This document shows, piece after piece, positions 51,649-61,328 of a stretch of DNA of 64,000 nt (position 1 is the first letter of the stretch; each line of letters starts with the position of its first letter). Below the pieces are notes generated by a model. The model ran no database searches and had not been told where the DNA came from. It worked only from the letters and a program-made list of their open reading frames with translations. The stretch lies in IMG/VR virus record IMGVR_UViG_3300030413_000012. One strand, given 5' to 3'. The position numbers and the translations under genes are program-made. This DNA is from an uncultured virus (IMG/VR IMGVR_UViG_3300030413_000012) (taxonomy: Duplodnaviria; Heunggongvirae; Uroviricota; Caudoviricetes).

Positions 51649-51721
51649 TAACCCTAACAGGATTTGAACCTGTGTCTTTTGGCTCAAAACCAAATATGCT
51701 GGTCCACTACACCATAGGGTT
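51649..51721 (-). tRNA. tRNA-Gln(UUG)
   Basis: AACCCTA/TAGGGTT acceptor, TTTGG-TTTTGAG-CCAAA, T-arm ACAGG-TTCAAAT-CCTGT. Confidence 0.92.
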
Positions 51722-51778
51722 TCATTATATTATAAATATTAACATTTAAATAGTTAACTATATATTAAGAATAAGATT

Positions 51779-52117
51779 ATGACCATAAATTTCCCTCAAA
51801 CAATAATTAAAAAAATAGATGACCCTATATCAGAAGGAATATTTAGACTAGCTTCAATAACCAATTATAAAGATTTTTATCATGCATTATATCCAGGGAT
51901 ACTTATAGTAAAGGATGAAGAAAATAATGACACATTTCATCTTTTACAAGCCATTGGTATTATAGAAAAAGATAAAACTGATTCACCAACAGTAACAACA
52001 AATGATTTACAAACAGAAGGAGTAATGATTTTTATTGGTTCTTTGACTGGAAACTACACCATAATAAAATTAAAAGCAACTAGGCTAGCTGAAGAATTTT
52101 CAACAAAAAATAAATAA
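51779..52117 (+). CDS. hypothetical protein
   Basis: 112-aa ORF with upstream TTTAAATA. Confidence 0.65.
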   Translation: MTINFPQTIIKKIDDPISEGIFRLASITNYKDFYHALYPGILIVKDEENNDTFHLLQAIGIIEKDKTDSPTVTTNDLQTEGVMIFIGSLTGNYTIIKLKATRLAEEFSTKNK

Positions 52118-52140
52118 CACCATTATTTTTTCATTATCAT

Positions 52141-52224
52141 TTATTGATAATCAATTATTGATAATCAATTATTGATAATCAATTATTGATAATCAATTAT
52201 TGATAATCAATTATTGATAATCAA
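52141..52224 (+). repeat. perfect 14-bp tandem repeat x6
   Basis: TTATTGATAATCAA units; last unit encodes the end of ORF 52211..52492. Confidence 0.97.
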
Positions 52225-52492
52225 TTTGATAATATAACATAATAAAATTATAAAGTTTATCAAAAGTTGTTATTTTATCAAAAAGCTTTTTTATTTCTTT
52301 TTTATGTTCTTCTGTATCAGATAATGGCATGACAGCACTTCTTATCCCATTTTCATGCACAGCAGCCAAAGCAATTATATCTTTTGATTTGACTTCTTCA
52401 ATTTTAAGTTTAAATTTATTTGTTATGTTCTTTTCTGCAAGAACTTCTATTTCTTTTGTTGGCTTTTTAATTGTAGCTTCCATATTCATCAC
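52211..52492 (-). CDS. hypothetical protein
   Basis: 93-aa ORF; loosely similar to the next two ORFs. Confidence 0.6.
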   Translation of the reverse strand: MMNMEATIKKPTKEIEVLAEKNITNKFKLKIEEVKSKDIIALAAVHENGIRSAVMPLSDTEEHKKEIKKLFDKITTFDKLYNFIMLYYQIDYQ

Positions 52493-52513
52493 AGTTAATT
52501 ATTTATTTTGTTG

Positions 52514-52858
52514 CTATTTGTTAATATTTTCTGAAATAGTTTTATAAAATAAATACTTTTTTATATCAGTTATATCATTATATATTGTTTTAAGTGTTTT
52601 TAAATTTCTTTTAGTAAATTTAGCATGAAATAATGGAAACATTCTGTCATTATATATTACAAGTATTTCTAATCTATTATTATAAAGTGGAGTTTTGCCC
52701 AAAACAACATTAACAGGGTTTCTTTCAACAATTCCTATTACTTTATTTAAATATATTTTATTAAAATATTGCTCCATTTTATCACCCATTTTTATAATAG
52801 CATCTTTTACAGATATAGTAGCCTTGTTCTTTGCACCATTCATACCAATTTTCATCAT
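52514..52858 (-). CDS. hypothetical protein
   Basis: 114-aa ORF (NLKTLKTIYNDI). Confidence 0.6.
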   Translation of the reverse strand: MMKIGMNGAKNKATISVKDAIIKMGDKMEQYFNKIYLNKVIGIVERNPVNVVLGKTPLYNNRLEILVIYNDRMFPLFHAKFTKRNLKTLKTIYNDITDIKKYLFYKTISENINK

Positions 52859-52949
52859 TTAATTCTGTTTTACAAACATAACATTTGTGTTTCAATTTTC
52901 CACTTTGCCTTTTAAACAAATCTGGTGTATAGTTCAAAATATAAAGACT

Positions 52950-53207
52950 TTACAGAACAGGTTCTTCAAATCCATGTAATACATAATCATTTGATAAATA
53001 CCAAATCACTTCTTGCAAATTTTCATAAGTGTTTATATCATTATAAACAGCCAATATTGATTTTAAATGTTCTTTATGTGTTGTAAAAATGGTTGTTTTT
53101 TTATCAGTATGAAAATATGCAAGCTCTATATAATTTTCTGTTTCTATTATAGCAAGTCTATATTCATTTGCAATTTCCTTTACATAAAGTGTTTTTTCTG
53201 GTTTCAT
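52950..53207 (-). CDS. hypothetical protein
   Basis: 85-aa ORF (HLKSILAVYNDI). Confidence 0.6.
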   Translation of the reverse strand: MKPEKTLYVKEIANEYRLAIIETENYIELAYFHTDKKTTIFTTHKEHLKSILAVYNDINTYENLQEVIWYLSNDYVLHGFEEPVL

Positions 53208-53395
53208 GTTGTCATCCTATTTTACAGATATTATCATTTAGTAATATATGTAAATCATTTCAATTTTGTAATTCAAGATGATTTAAAAGGTCTGGGTCAA
53301 ATCCATGTTCTTTTATCATGTCAGCCATTCCATTATTTTTAAAATCTTCCCCATAAAAACTACTACAACTATCAAGCTCTTCTTTTGTAGTTATA

Positions 53396-54322
53396 TCAAC
53401 AAGTCCCATTAAACATAAGTGCATTACATACTGCCTGTGATGAAGAAGATTGAATTTCTATCACAGAATATTTTAAATCTTCTGGATATGGTGAAGTTTC
53501 AATTACAGCATATTTTGGAACTTGACTATAATGAATATAATGATACTCAGCAAGCAAAGATGTATAATAATAATCCTTATGATTTATAATAACTCCAGTT
53601 ATTATTTTTCCAAAATTATGCTGAATAAAAATGTTTTCTTTTTGTCCTGTCATTAAATCTGTTTCTGTAAAGTTGGCACCATTGTTTGTAAATGTTGTAG
53701 TTAGATTAAAAAAAGTTTTATTATTTACATTTGTATTTTGTATTATTTCAGGGATATATTCTATAATTTTACCATTGGATGTATTCCAAATTTCAATAAG
53801 AAATTCATAAGGCACTATTTCTGTTTTTGTCTCATTATTAAATTTTTTCATTATGCATTCTTGAACCCAATAACCTGTATTTGTTTCAGAATTTAAGCAA
53901 TACATACTTGAAGATATGTTTAAGTTTTCATAAAATGAAGGAATATAAATTGAAGAATTTAATTTTGTTGTTGGTGTTGAAATATTTAAATCATAAAATT
54001 CCAGTAAATCTTGTGTTGTGTGTTGGCTATAAGTAAATACAAGACTTGAGGTGTTTGTGAAATTGGTAAATTTATTATTAGTTGAATTATGATGATAATA
54101 TTCATAAAGTTGATACTATAAAGTTGGAGAGGTATTTTTGGGTGGTGGTGATGAACTATTAGATACATTGCAAATATTACAGGTTAAACCACCCTTGCCA
54201 GATATAAATGATTCTATCCAATCAATTATTGTAGAAATGGGAATAATGGTTATTGTTACCATTACAATTAGGAAAATAATAATTGAAATAAATCCAGCTT
54301 TATATATATCCATATAAATCAT
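53396..54322 (-). pseudogene. secreted/surface protein gene split by a single in-frame TAG
   Basis: ORFs 54116..54322 and 53396..53905 are in the same frame; the 70 intervening codons are open. Confidence 0.7.
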
Positions 54323-54547
54323 TTATTACTAACAATTATTGTATTTCTTAAATCATTTATTTGTGTTGATGTGCAAGGATTTGAAATGTTTGTGTAAAAA
54401 GACTGAACTAATTGAATTGCACCACCTTTAAACTCATACATACTTTTATAATAATCATTAAAATATAAATATATATGGGTTATGATAAATCTATTAAATA
54501 AAAGTTATTTTAATAAAATTTAAATAAGATTTTATATTTAATATAGC

Positions 54548-54868
54548 ATGCTAAAAGTAAAAAATTCTGAAGAAAATTTAAAAGATGATTTATTAGTTTT
54601 GTCAGCAGAAGTATCTTGCCTTTTTTCTGATTTAGGACCAATAGTAAATAAACTTGAAAATCTTGTTAAAAATTATGATAGTAAAAAGTTTGATATTAAA
54701 AAATTTAAAACATTGGCAAATGCTGGTGTTTTTCAAATAAATTACCATCAAAACAATATTAAAAAAATATTGAAAAATCATTCAGATTTAAAAGAAAAAA
54801 TAACTGATTCTGATTGGGAAACTATTTATAATAACAAACAGACACTTAGACAATTGTCTAAGCTATAA
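54548..54868 (+). CDS. hypothetical protein
   Basis: 106-aa ORF. Confidence 0.6.
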   Translation: MLKVKNSEENLKDDLLVLSAEVSCLFSDLGPIVNKLENLVKNYDSKKFDIKKFKTLANAGVFQINYHQNNIKKILKNHSDLKEKITDSDWETIYNNKQTLRQLSKL

Positions 54869-54900
54869 AAAGCTTTAAATACTTTTTAAACACACAACTA

Positions 54901-55098
54901 TTGATGGAGAAAACTCAATATAAAAGTTTGAAAAACCTGATAAGAACAGATGTAGCAGAATTAAAAATTCTTGCAAGAAAAGAAGAAAATGAATTATTCC
55001 AAAAAATAGAAAAAGACATGAATACAATAAGCAATGGAGTAAAGCAAGAAGACATGTTACTGTTTAAAATAAGAAGACTAAAAGAAAAAACAGAATAA
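54901..55098 (+). CDS. hypothetical coiled-coil protein
   Basis: 65-aa ORF. Confidence 0.5.
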   Translation: MMEKTQYKSLKNLIRTDVAELKILARKEENELFQKIEKDMNTISNGVKQEDMLLFKIRRLKEKTE

Positions 55099-55122
55099 AA
55101 CTAATAAAATTTAACAATTACA

Positions 55123-56247
55123 CTATATATAGTTCTTTTCCTTAATGTTTTTTATTATATATTTTTCCAAAATATTATAACCCTTTGCTGCAAGAACATC
55201 AGACTCTAATTTTATTTTCTTTTCAGCAATAAGGTCAAGTTCTTTTTCATAACCAGTTCCTTTTATCCATTCATATTTTTTCATTGATTTTATTTTCTTT
55301 GTATCATGGTCAGTTATTGGCATTGTAAGGTGCTTATCAATAATATATTTCAAATAATCTTCTTTATACACATCACTAAGTTTTAAACCAATAAAATGAG
55401 CCTTTGAAAAAGACATAACTTCTGAAAGCCAGGCAAGATTTATACTTCCTCTTTGTAAGGTTGTTGCAATATTATAACCATCAGGGTCAGCATCTGTAAG
55501 AATATAAACAGGAAGCTTATATTGGTCAGCAACAAGTTTTACAAACAATCTTCCAGACCTGGAAGGATACCCTTGTGATGTTAATATCAATGCTTTGTAT
55601 TTTTCAGGAAATCCAGCCTGATTAAGGGCATTAAATACAGCAAACTTTTCAATAAATAAAATAAACTTTGCATCACAGGATATAAATTTATATACTGTTG
55701 GGTCTGGGGCAACCTGTGCACCAGAAGAACCATGTTTTGAAAAATCTATTTTTAATTTTTGACCATTAAATATTTCTTCTGCAACAAGATTTCCAACAGC
55801 ACTTGCTCTTGGGTTGCTTATTATTTTTAACTCTTCTCTGGTATAACCAGACATTAATTCAAGGTCAACAATTATGCTATTTGACTGATTTTGTTCATCA
55901 AATATTTTCTCATCAAGGTCTTCTCCTATTTTGACTTTTAACATATAAAATAAGTCTCTTAAGGTAACTATTTTATTTTCTGCTATTATTTTTTTAACAG
56001 CATTTATTACTGCAACAGTCTGCATGTATTTTTTAACCTGGCTAACATTTTCATACTTTCTTATTTCTTCAAGATTACCAATTTTTAAATAGCCTTCTTT
56101 TTTATCATAGGTTACATTTGACCTGGTTCTTGCTTTAAGTCTTATAAAGGGTGCTTTATCTTTTTCAATAAGTTTTATATTTTCAATTACTATTGATTTG
56201 AGCTTATTTTTTATTTTTTTGTCTAAATCTGTTTCCATTTTAATCAT
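55123..56247 (-). CDS. top6A: DNA topoisomerase VI subunit A (Spo11 family)
   Basis: TLRDLFY catalytic Tyr, IEK, QGYP, TDADPDG, GS, KLE motifs. Confidence 0.93.
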   Translation of the reverse strand: MIKMETDLDKKIKNKLKSIVIENIKLIEKDKAPFIRLKARTRSNVTYDKKEGYLKIGNLEEIRKYENVSQVKKYMQTVAVINAVKKIIAENKIVTLRDLFYMLKVKIGEDLDEKIFDEQNQSNSIIVDLELMSGYTREELKIISNPRASAVGNLVAEEIFNGQKLKIDFSKHGSSGAQVAPDPTVYKFISCDAKFILFIEKFAVFNALNQAGFPEKYKALILTSQGYPSRSGRLFVKLVADQYKLPVYILTDADPDGYNIATTLQRGSINLAWLSEVMSFSKAHFIGLKLSDVYKEDYLKYIIDKHLTMPITDHDTKKIKSMKKYEWIKGTGYEKELDLIAEKKIKLESDVLAAKGYNILEKYIIKNIKEKNYI

Positions 56248-56490
56248 TATTATTGTTTTTTATTTCTTTTTTGTCAGTATTTATACAACAACCTCTTTAA
56301 ATATTGATATATCATCAATAAGAGTTTCATTGTTATTAAAAGCACAACTACACTTATCACAGCTTTCTACTTCTTCATCACAAATATTACACAATAAACC
56401 AGCAGACTCAGCCTTTGTTTCTAAGTAATCCTCTTTTGTTTCTTTTGCCATTTATTCACTTGTTTTATATTATAATCATATTATTTATAC

Positions 56491-58062
56491 TTATCTGTTT
56501 TTTATGATTTTTAACAGATGTTCTTTAATAATAGCTTTCTTTGCATAGCCATCACTTGCTTCCTCAAGATTTTCAGCAACAATTTCAACATAACTTGAAA
56601 GCTTTTCTTTGGCTTTTTGCTCAACCAGGTCTCTGTGTTTTTTATTTACAAACACTGATATTTTTCTAAAACCTTCTAATAATGCAAGATTTATTTCTTT
56701 TTGTATTTCATCAGCATTGTCTATTGCCATTTTACTTGGACCTGTAAATGGAACATTTGGAGAATTTACATTAACAATAACAGAAAGTGGAATATTTTGT
56801 GTTTCAATTTTAATATAAGACCTTATATTTATATTTTTCATTACAGAATAAGAAACATCATGTGATAAATCAAATAATAATGGTGCCCTATTAGCAAATC
56901 TTATTAAATCATAATCATAAGTTTCAGCATCAGTTGTTTGCTTTCCACAATTTCCACCCCAACCAAGTCCTATTTCAACTTCAAAAGGAATACCACCATT
57001 AAACACCTTTGGTGGTCTGGAAATTACAACAGAAAAATCAGGCTGAAACAATTCTTTTAATGATTTCATTAATGTTTCTTCTCCAATTGGCATAAGATTT
57101 GTTGAAGATGGTTTTTTGATTTTTAATTCTTGTAATGCTTTTATTATAAGTTCTGCTTTTTGAAATGTTAATTCTGTTTTTTTCATTCCAGAAAGACTTA
57201 AACCAGTTGATTTTGATAAAGAAGTTAATAGTCCAGCAGATGTTTTTTGAAGGTCTTTTGTAAAAAAGTCACCAAAAGTAGTATGCTTTGATAAATTAAA
57301 AAGACTTATTAAATCATGTGAAGAAAGACCAAGTGGGTGTGGTAATTCTTTTTGTGGTGGAACTGGATTTTCAGCTATTGCCTTATAAACCTCTTTTGTT
57401 TTATCTGGTCTTGTATAATTTATTGTTACAAAAGGATTTGCAAGAAAAATAAGTTTTATGTATTCATCAACAGATGTTTTTCCTTGTGAAAAAGAAACAT
57501 CAGCTAGATGAACAATTATTTTAGTTCCATGCTCATTTTCATTAGCAGGTTCTTCTTTTATTATTTTATTAAGACTTTTTGCTGTATGTATGTCAAGACC
57601 AATTGTGCAATAATATCTTTTTTTGTCATTTACAGTAACAAGGTCAACATCTTTTCCAGTGGTAACCTTTGAAAATAAAACAACAGCAGAACCACCAATT
57701 CCTTGTTGACCCATATGTTGTTTATTTACATTGAATTTACTTCCTTGAAGAAGTTGTGAAAATATGGTTGGAAGAAATTTCTTTGGTATGCCAGAGCCAT
57801 TGTCTTCAACTGTCAAAACAAGATGACTATTTTGGTCAGGTTTTCCAATAAAATCTTTTTCATACTCAATTGAAACAATTATATTGGGTTTTATTCCCAG
57901 AGAAATACAGTTGTCTATTGAATTTGTTAAAAGTTCATGCACAGCTATTATTAATGATTTACCAGGATAAGAAAATCCAAGCATGTGTTTATTCTTGTAA
58001 AAATATTCAGTTAATTCTGTTTTTTTATAATCTTTAAAACTTGATTGTTCTTTTTCACTCAT
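56491..58062 (-). CDS. top6B: DNA topoisomerase VI subunit B
   Basis: HELLTNSID, VEDNGSGIP, GSKF, GQQGIG, HGT, RFANRAPL, VPFTGPSK. Confidence 0.95.
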   Translation of the reverse strand: MSEKEQSSFKDYKKTELTEYFYKNKHMLGFSYPGKSLIIAVHELLTNSIDNCISLGIKPNIIVSIEYEKDFIGKPDQNSHLVLTVEDNGSGIPKKFLPTIFSQLLQGSKFNVNKQHMGQQGIGGSAVVLFSKVTTGKDVDLVTVNDKKRYYCTIGLDIHTAKSLNKIIKEEPANENEHGTKIIVHLADVSFSQGKTSVDEYIKLIFLANPFVTINYTRPDKTKEVYKAIAENPVPPQKELPHPLGLSSHDLISLFNLSKHTTFGDFFTKDLQKTSAGLLTSLSKSTGLSLSGMKKTELTFQKAELIIKALQELKIKKPSSTNLMPIGEETLMKSLKELFQPDFSVVISRPPKVFNGGIPFEVEIGLGWGGNCGKQTTDAETYDYDLIRFANRAPLLFDLSHDVSYSVMKNINIRSYIKIETQNIPLSVIVNVNSPNVPFTGPSKMAIDNADEIQKEINLALLEGFRKISVFVNKKHRDLVEQKAKEKLSSYVEIVAENLEEASDGYAKKAIIKEHLLKIIKNR

Positions 58063-58282
58063 CTATAATCAATCCTCTTTTTCTTTGCCATTCAACAATG
58101 CTCCCTTCTATTTTTTCTTTTATTGAATATTTAATACTATTTCCAACCACTGTTCCAACAATAACAACTATATCATCAGGTTTATATCCTTTTTTTCTTG
58201 CTTCTAATTGTAAATCTCTGTCCAATACTTTTACAAGTCTTATAACAGCAGTTCTTGTTCTTGCTTGAGATATTTTTTTCAT
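58055..58282 (-). CDS. hypothetical protein
   Basis: overlaps top6B start. Confidence 0.6.
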   Translation of the reverse strand: MKKISQARTRTAVIRLVKVLDRDLQLEARKKGYKPDDIVVIVGTVVGNSIKYSIKEKIEGSIVEWQRKRGLIIDE

Positions 58283-58364
58283 ATTATCATTTTTGATAAT
58301 GAACTTAAAGTTATTATAAATTTCAATAATAAATGTCTAAATATTTATATGCTTCTTTAATTGA

Positions 58365-59039
58365 TTATAGTTTTAAAGTATAATATGGTATTAAAACCTG
58401 ATATAATTTATTATAAACCTCCTTTCCCATTCTTTGTATTTCAGTCATTTGTAATTGAGGTTCTATTGTATCACCCTCAATAAACTTTAAATCAATAAGT
58501 TCTTTTCTGTTATCAATAATTTCTTTTACTGTTAAATTATTAAAATGCTCATTATCAGAAATTAACAGTTTAAAATATTTCAAGTATTTATTTAAATTCA
58601 TTATTATTTTTAATTTTCCTAAACCAAATCCAGTGTATAAATCAAAAATATCTTTTTCTTCAAGATGTTTTCTTCCAAGAAAAGCATGTGTTTTCATTGC
58701 CAGCAAATATTCAAAAGAAAAAGATTTCACAGTTGCAACAGCATCATCAACTCCTGTAAAATAAAACAGACTTTTTGCTGAACAAGTTACTGGTTTTTCA
58801 TAAAAAGTATGTTTTGTCAAATCAACAAGTAAAGTGGGTTCTATCTTTCTTATTGTCTCAACATAATGCTGTGCTTTTATTTTATTTTCTTTAGCAGCAT
58901 ACATAAGGTCTATATCTTCTGATATTCTTTGATACTTTTCAAAATAAATTTTATTGATTGCAGTCCCACCATATAAAACTAAAATATCAAAGGCTTTATC
59001 TTTCTCAAGAGATTTTAATGCCTTGATGCCCAAAAACAT
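58365..59039 (-). CDS. AbiEii/AbiGii-family nucleotidyltransferase
   Basis: LYGGTAIN...RISEDIDL, K..AFLGR, KDIFDL. Confidence 0.85.
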   Translation of the reverse strand: MFLGIKALKSLEKDKAFDILVLYGGTAINKIYFEKYQRISEDIDLMYAAKENKIKAQHYVETIRKIEPTLLVDLTKHTFYEKPVTCSAKSLFYFTGVDDAVATVKSFSFEYLLAMKTHAFLGRKHLEEKDIFDLYTGFGLGKLKIIMNLNKYLKYFKLLISDNEHFNNLTVKEIIDNRKELIDLKFIEGDTIEPQLQMTEIQRMGKEVYNKLYQVLIPYYTLKL

Positions 59040-59235
59040 AGTTTGCTATTACAAAGGCATCAGTTCCTTTTTTTGCATATAAATTATTCTTAATTCTAAT
59101 AATTTTTCCTCTCAAAATATATTCTTTTAGAAGCTTATATACTGCTGGAACTGAAAGTTTTTCAGCATTAGCTGCTTTAAAAAACTGGGTTGAATTAAAA
59201 ACTTTAGGAATTTTACTATATATATCATATTGCAT
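59005..59235 (-). CDS. AbiEi-like antitoxin N-terminal winged-helix (short)
   Basis: LLKEYILRGKIIRIKNNLY; position immediately upstream of AbiEii. Confidence 0.65.
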   Translation of the reverse strand: MQYDIYSKIPKVFNSTQFFKAANAEKLSVPAVYKLLKEYILRGKIIRIKNNLYAKKGTDAFVIANYVFGHQGIKIS

Positions 59236-59298
59236 TTTTTATACACCCTATATAAAAACAACAATTAAATATATAAATAAAAAGATATTTAAATATAT

Positions 59299-59754
59299 CT
59301 ATTTTATTGAATCAACTGACTTTTTTACAACTGTCAGCATGGTTTCTGCTGCATTTTTTGAGAGCAAAGCAAAATATTCATATTGTTCATTTTTATCTAT
59401 TTCAGCATAATGATTTTCAGGATGAACAAAAAAATTCCTTAATTTTCTTATGCTTTCAAATACAACAATAACAGGCTCATCTATTTCATATTTTTCTTTA
59501 TATTTATTAAATATATTTTCTATCTGTAAATGGCAATCCCTTTTTCTTACTTCCAGCCCCTCCACAGCAGCTATTGTTTCACCAAGAAACAGCATTGTTT
59601 CATAAGCAGATTTTATAACATTTTTATAAAGCTCTTTTTTATAGGCACAGTTTGTTAAAGCAAAACTATCCTGTGCTTCTTGCAATACAATTTTTGCCTT
59701 CTCCTTATTAGGTTCACATTCTATTATACCAGCCATAAATAATTTTTGCTGCAA
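59299..59754 (-). CDS. HEPN-domain protein
   Basis: helical; SAYETML, H, and RNFFVH (R-x4-H) motif. Confidence 0.75.
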   Translation of the reverse strand: MQQKLFMAGIIECEPNKEKAKIVLQEAQDSFALTNCAYKKELYKNVIKSAYETMLFLGETIAAVEGLEVRKRDCHLQIENIFNKYKEKYEIDEPVIVVFESIRKLRNFFVHPENHYAEIDKNEQYEYFALLSKNAAETMLTVVKKSVDSIK

Positions 59755-59781
59755 ATAAATATATAAACCCTTTGTGTATAA

Positions 59782-60510
59782 TTAAAATCTTTCTATTTTA
59801 ACATTGGTAACTTTATGGTCCAATGTTGTCTCAATTAAAACATAACCAAGTGAATCATTGCTATTATAAACTATTTTATGGGTGTTAAATGTTCCACAAA
59901 AAACATTTTTATCTATTTTATTCAAATAATGAATATGCCCAATAAAAACATAATCATTTTTTTCAACAACATCTTTAAAGGCATTTCTTATTTTTGATGC
60001 TAGTAATTTTGGTCCATATGTTTGATTAATTTTATTTAAAACAACAAGGGCATGTTTTCCTATTTGTTCTTCAATATGCCTGGTTTCAAGATTTCCATGA
60101 AAGAAAAACATATTACCAGTTTTATAAGTTGTTGCACAATTAATTCCTTGAGAATTTAAAAAAGTTATAACTTCTTGCTTTTTATTTATTCCATTTTCTT
60201 GTGTATCATTATCTCCTGATAAAAAAATAGTAGACTGTAATGAAAATAATTTTTTATAATTATATATGAAATCATTCCAAAGGTCTATGAGTCCACTTCC
60301 TGTTGTATAACTGTCAACAACATCCCCAAGTAAATATATTTCAGTAGGTTGTTCTTTTTCAAGAAGGTCTTTAAACATATCAAATGTAAATAAAGAACTT
60401 TTTTGTCCATAATGTATATCTGAAAGAACAAGTATTTTATGCATGTTATTATTTTTTAGTTGTTCCATTATATCTATAATGTCTTTTTTATTAACTTTAA
60501 AAGTAAACAA
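59782..60510 (-). CDS. calcineurin-like metallophosphoesterase
   Basis: SDIHYG, LGDVVD, GDND, FHG, GHIH. Confidence 0.85.
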   Translation of the reverse strand: MFTFKVNKKDIIDIMEQLKNNNMHKILVLSDIHYGQKSSLFTFDMFKDLLEKEQPTEIYLLGDVVDSYTTGSGLIDLWNDFIYNYKKLFSLQSTIFLSGDNDTQENGINKKQEVITFLNSQGINCATTYKTGNMFFFHGNLETRHIEEQIGKHALVVLNKINQTYGPKLLASKIRNAFKDVVEKNDYVFIGHIHYLNKIDKNVFCGTFNTHKIVYNSNDSLGYVLIETTLDHKVTNVKIERF

Positions 60511-60734
60511 TGTTTTTAAATATTTATATTGTTAAATAATAAATGATAATAATGTCAAATACAATAAAACTATTCAAAAATAAATATATAAACAAAGATA
60601 AAACATTAGGAAAAGAGCCACAGCCTGATGAAAGCAAAGAAATGTCAATAACTTCATTTTGGCTTGCTGGAAAAAATTATATAAATATGCAAGATAATAT
60701 TTAACATTTATATATTTTATAAAAATGTGTTTAT

Positions 60735-61298
60735 ATGGATAATGAATTATATCTAATAATAAAAGAATATGATAAAATACTAACTTATGTTTCTGAAAAA
60801 ACAGGAACCTCAAAAAGTATGATTAAAAAAGAAATTACTAATTTTATTGAAGAACATAATAACAGCATGAACTCTGGGTATTCATTTACTAATAAAAAAA
60901 GAACAGATGGTCTTATTTATCAGTATATTGTAATGTATCTTATTGGTGCATCAAAAAGCAAATATGGTGACTATATTTATGAAGGAAAAGAGGTTGAATT
61001 TAAAACTGGATTTTATAACACAATAACAATAAAAGCAGCATTAAAACCTAACACTGAAGATGTTTATCAGTTTTATGAAAGGTTTGATGTTTTGCATTTT
61101 ATAACAGAATATCAGCCACCTTTTACTGTTTTTTCTGTTAAAGAAGAAACACTTATAAACTACATAAAAGATAATTTTGCAAAACTTGAAAAGTCATATA
61201 GTAAAAATGAAACTATCAATGGATGGTGGAAACTTTTCATAAAAGTGCCAACCTTAGATTTAAAAAAATTGGCAGATAAAATAATCACATCCAAATAA
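60735..61298 (+). CDS. putative PD-(D/E)xK endonuclease
   Basis: YGDYIYEGKEVEFKT matches the D...ExK arrangement. Confidence 0.55.
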   Translation: MDNELYLIIKEYDKILTYVSEKTGTSKSMIKKEITNFIEEHNNSMNSGYSFTNKKRTDGLIYQYIVMYLIGASKSKYGDYIYEGKEVEFKTGFYNTITIKAALKPNTEDVYQFYERFDVLHFITEYQPPFTVFSVKEETLINYIKDNFAKLEKSYSKNETINGWWKLFIKVPTLDLKKLADKIITSK

Positions 61299-61328
61299 CT
61301 TTTTAAATATTTTATAAAACAAAATATT

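Noticed and set aside
52141..52224. CRISPR array
   Set aside because: Head-to-tail 14-bp units with no spacers; the same applies to 6690-6744; no cas genes
54361..54427. Possible tRNA remnant (GGATTTGAA, GTGCAA/TTGCAC)
   Set aside because: No T-stem or cloverleaf could be built
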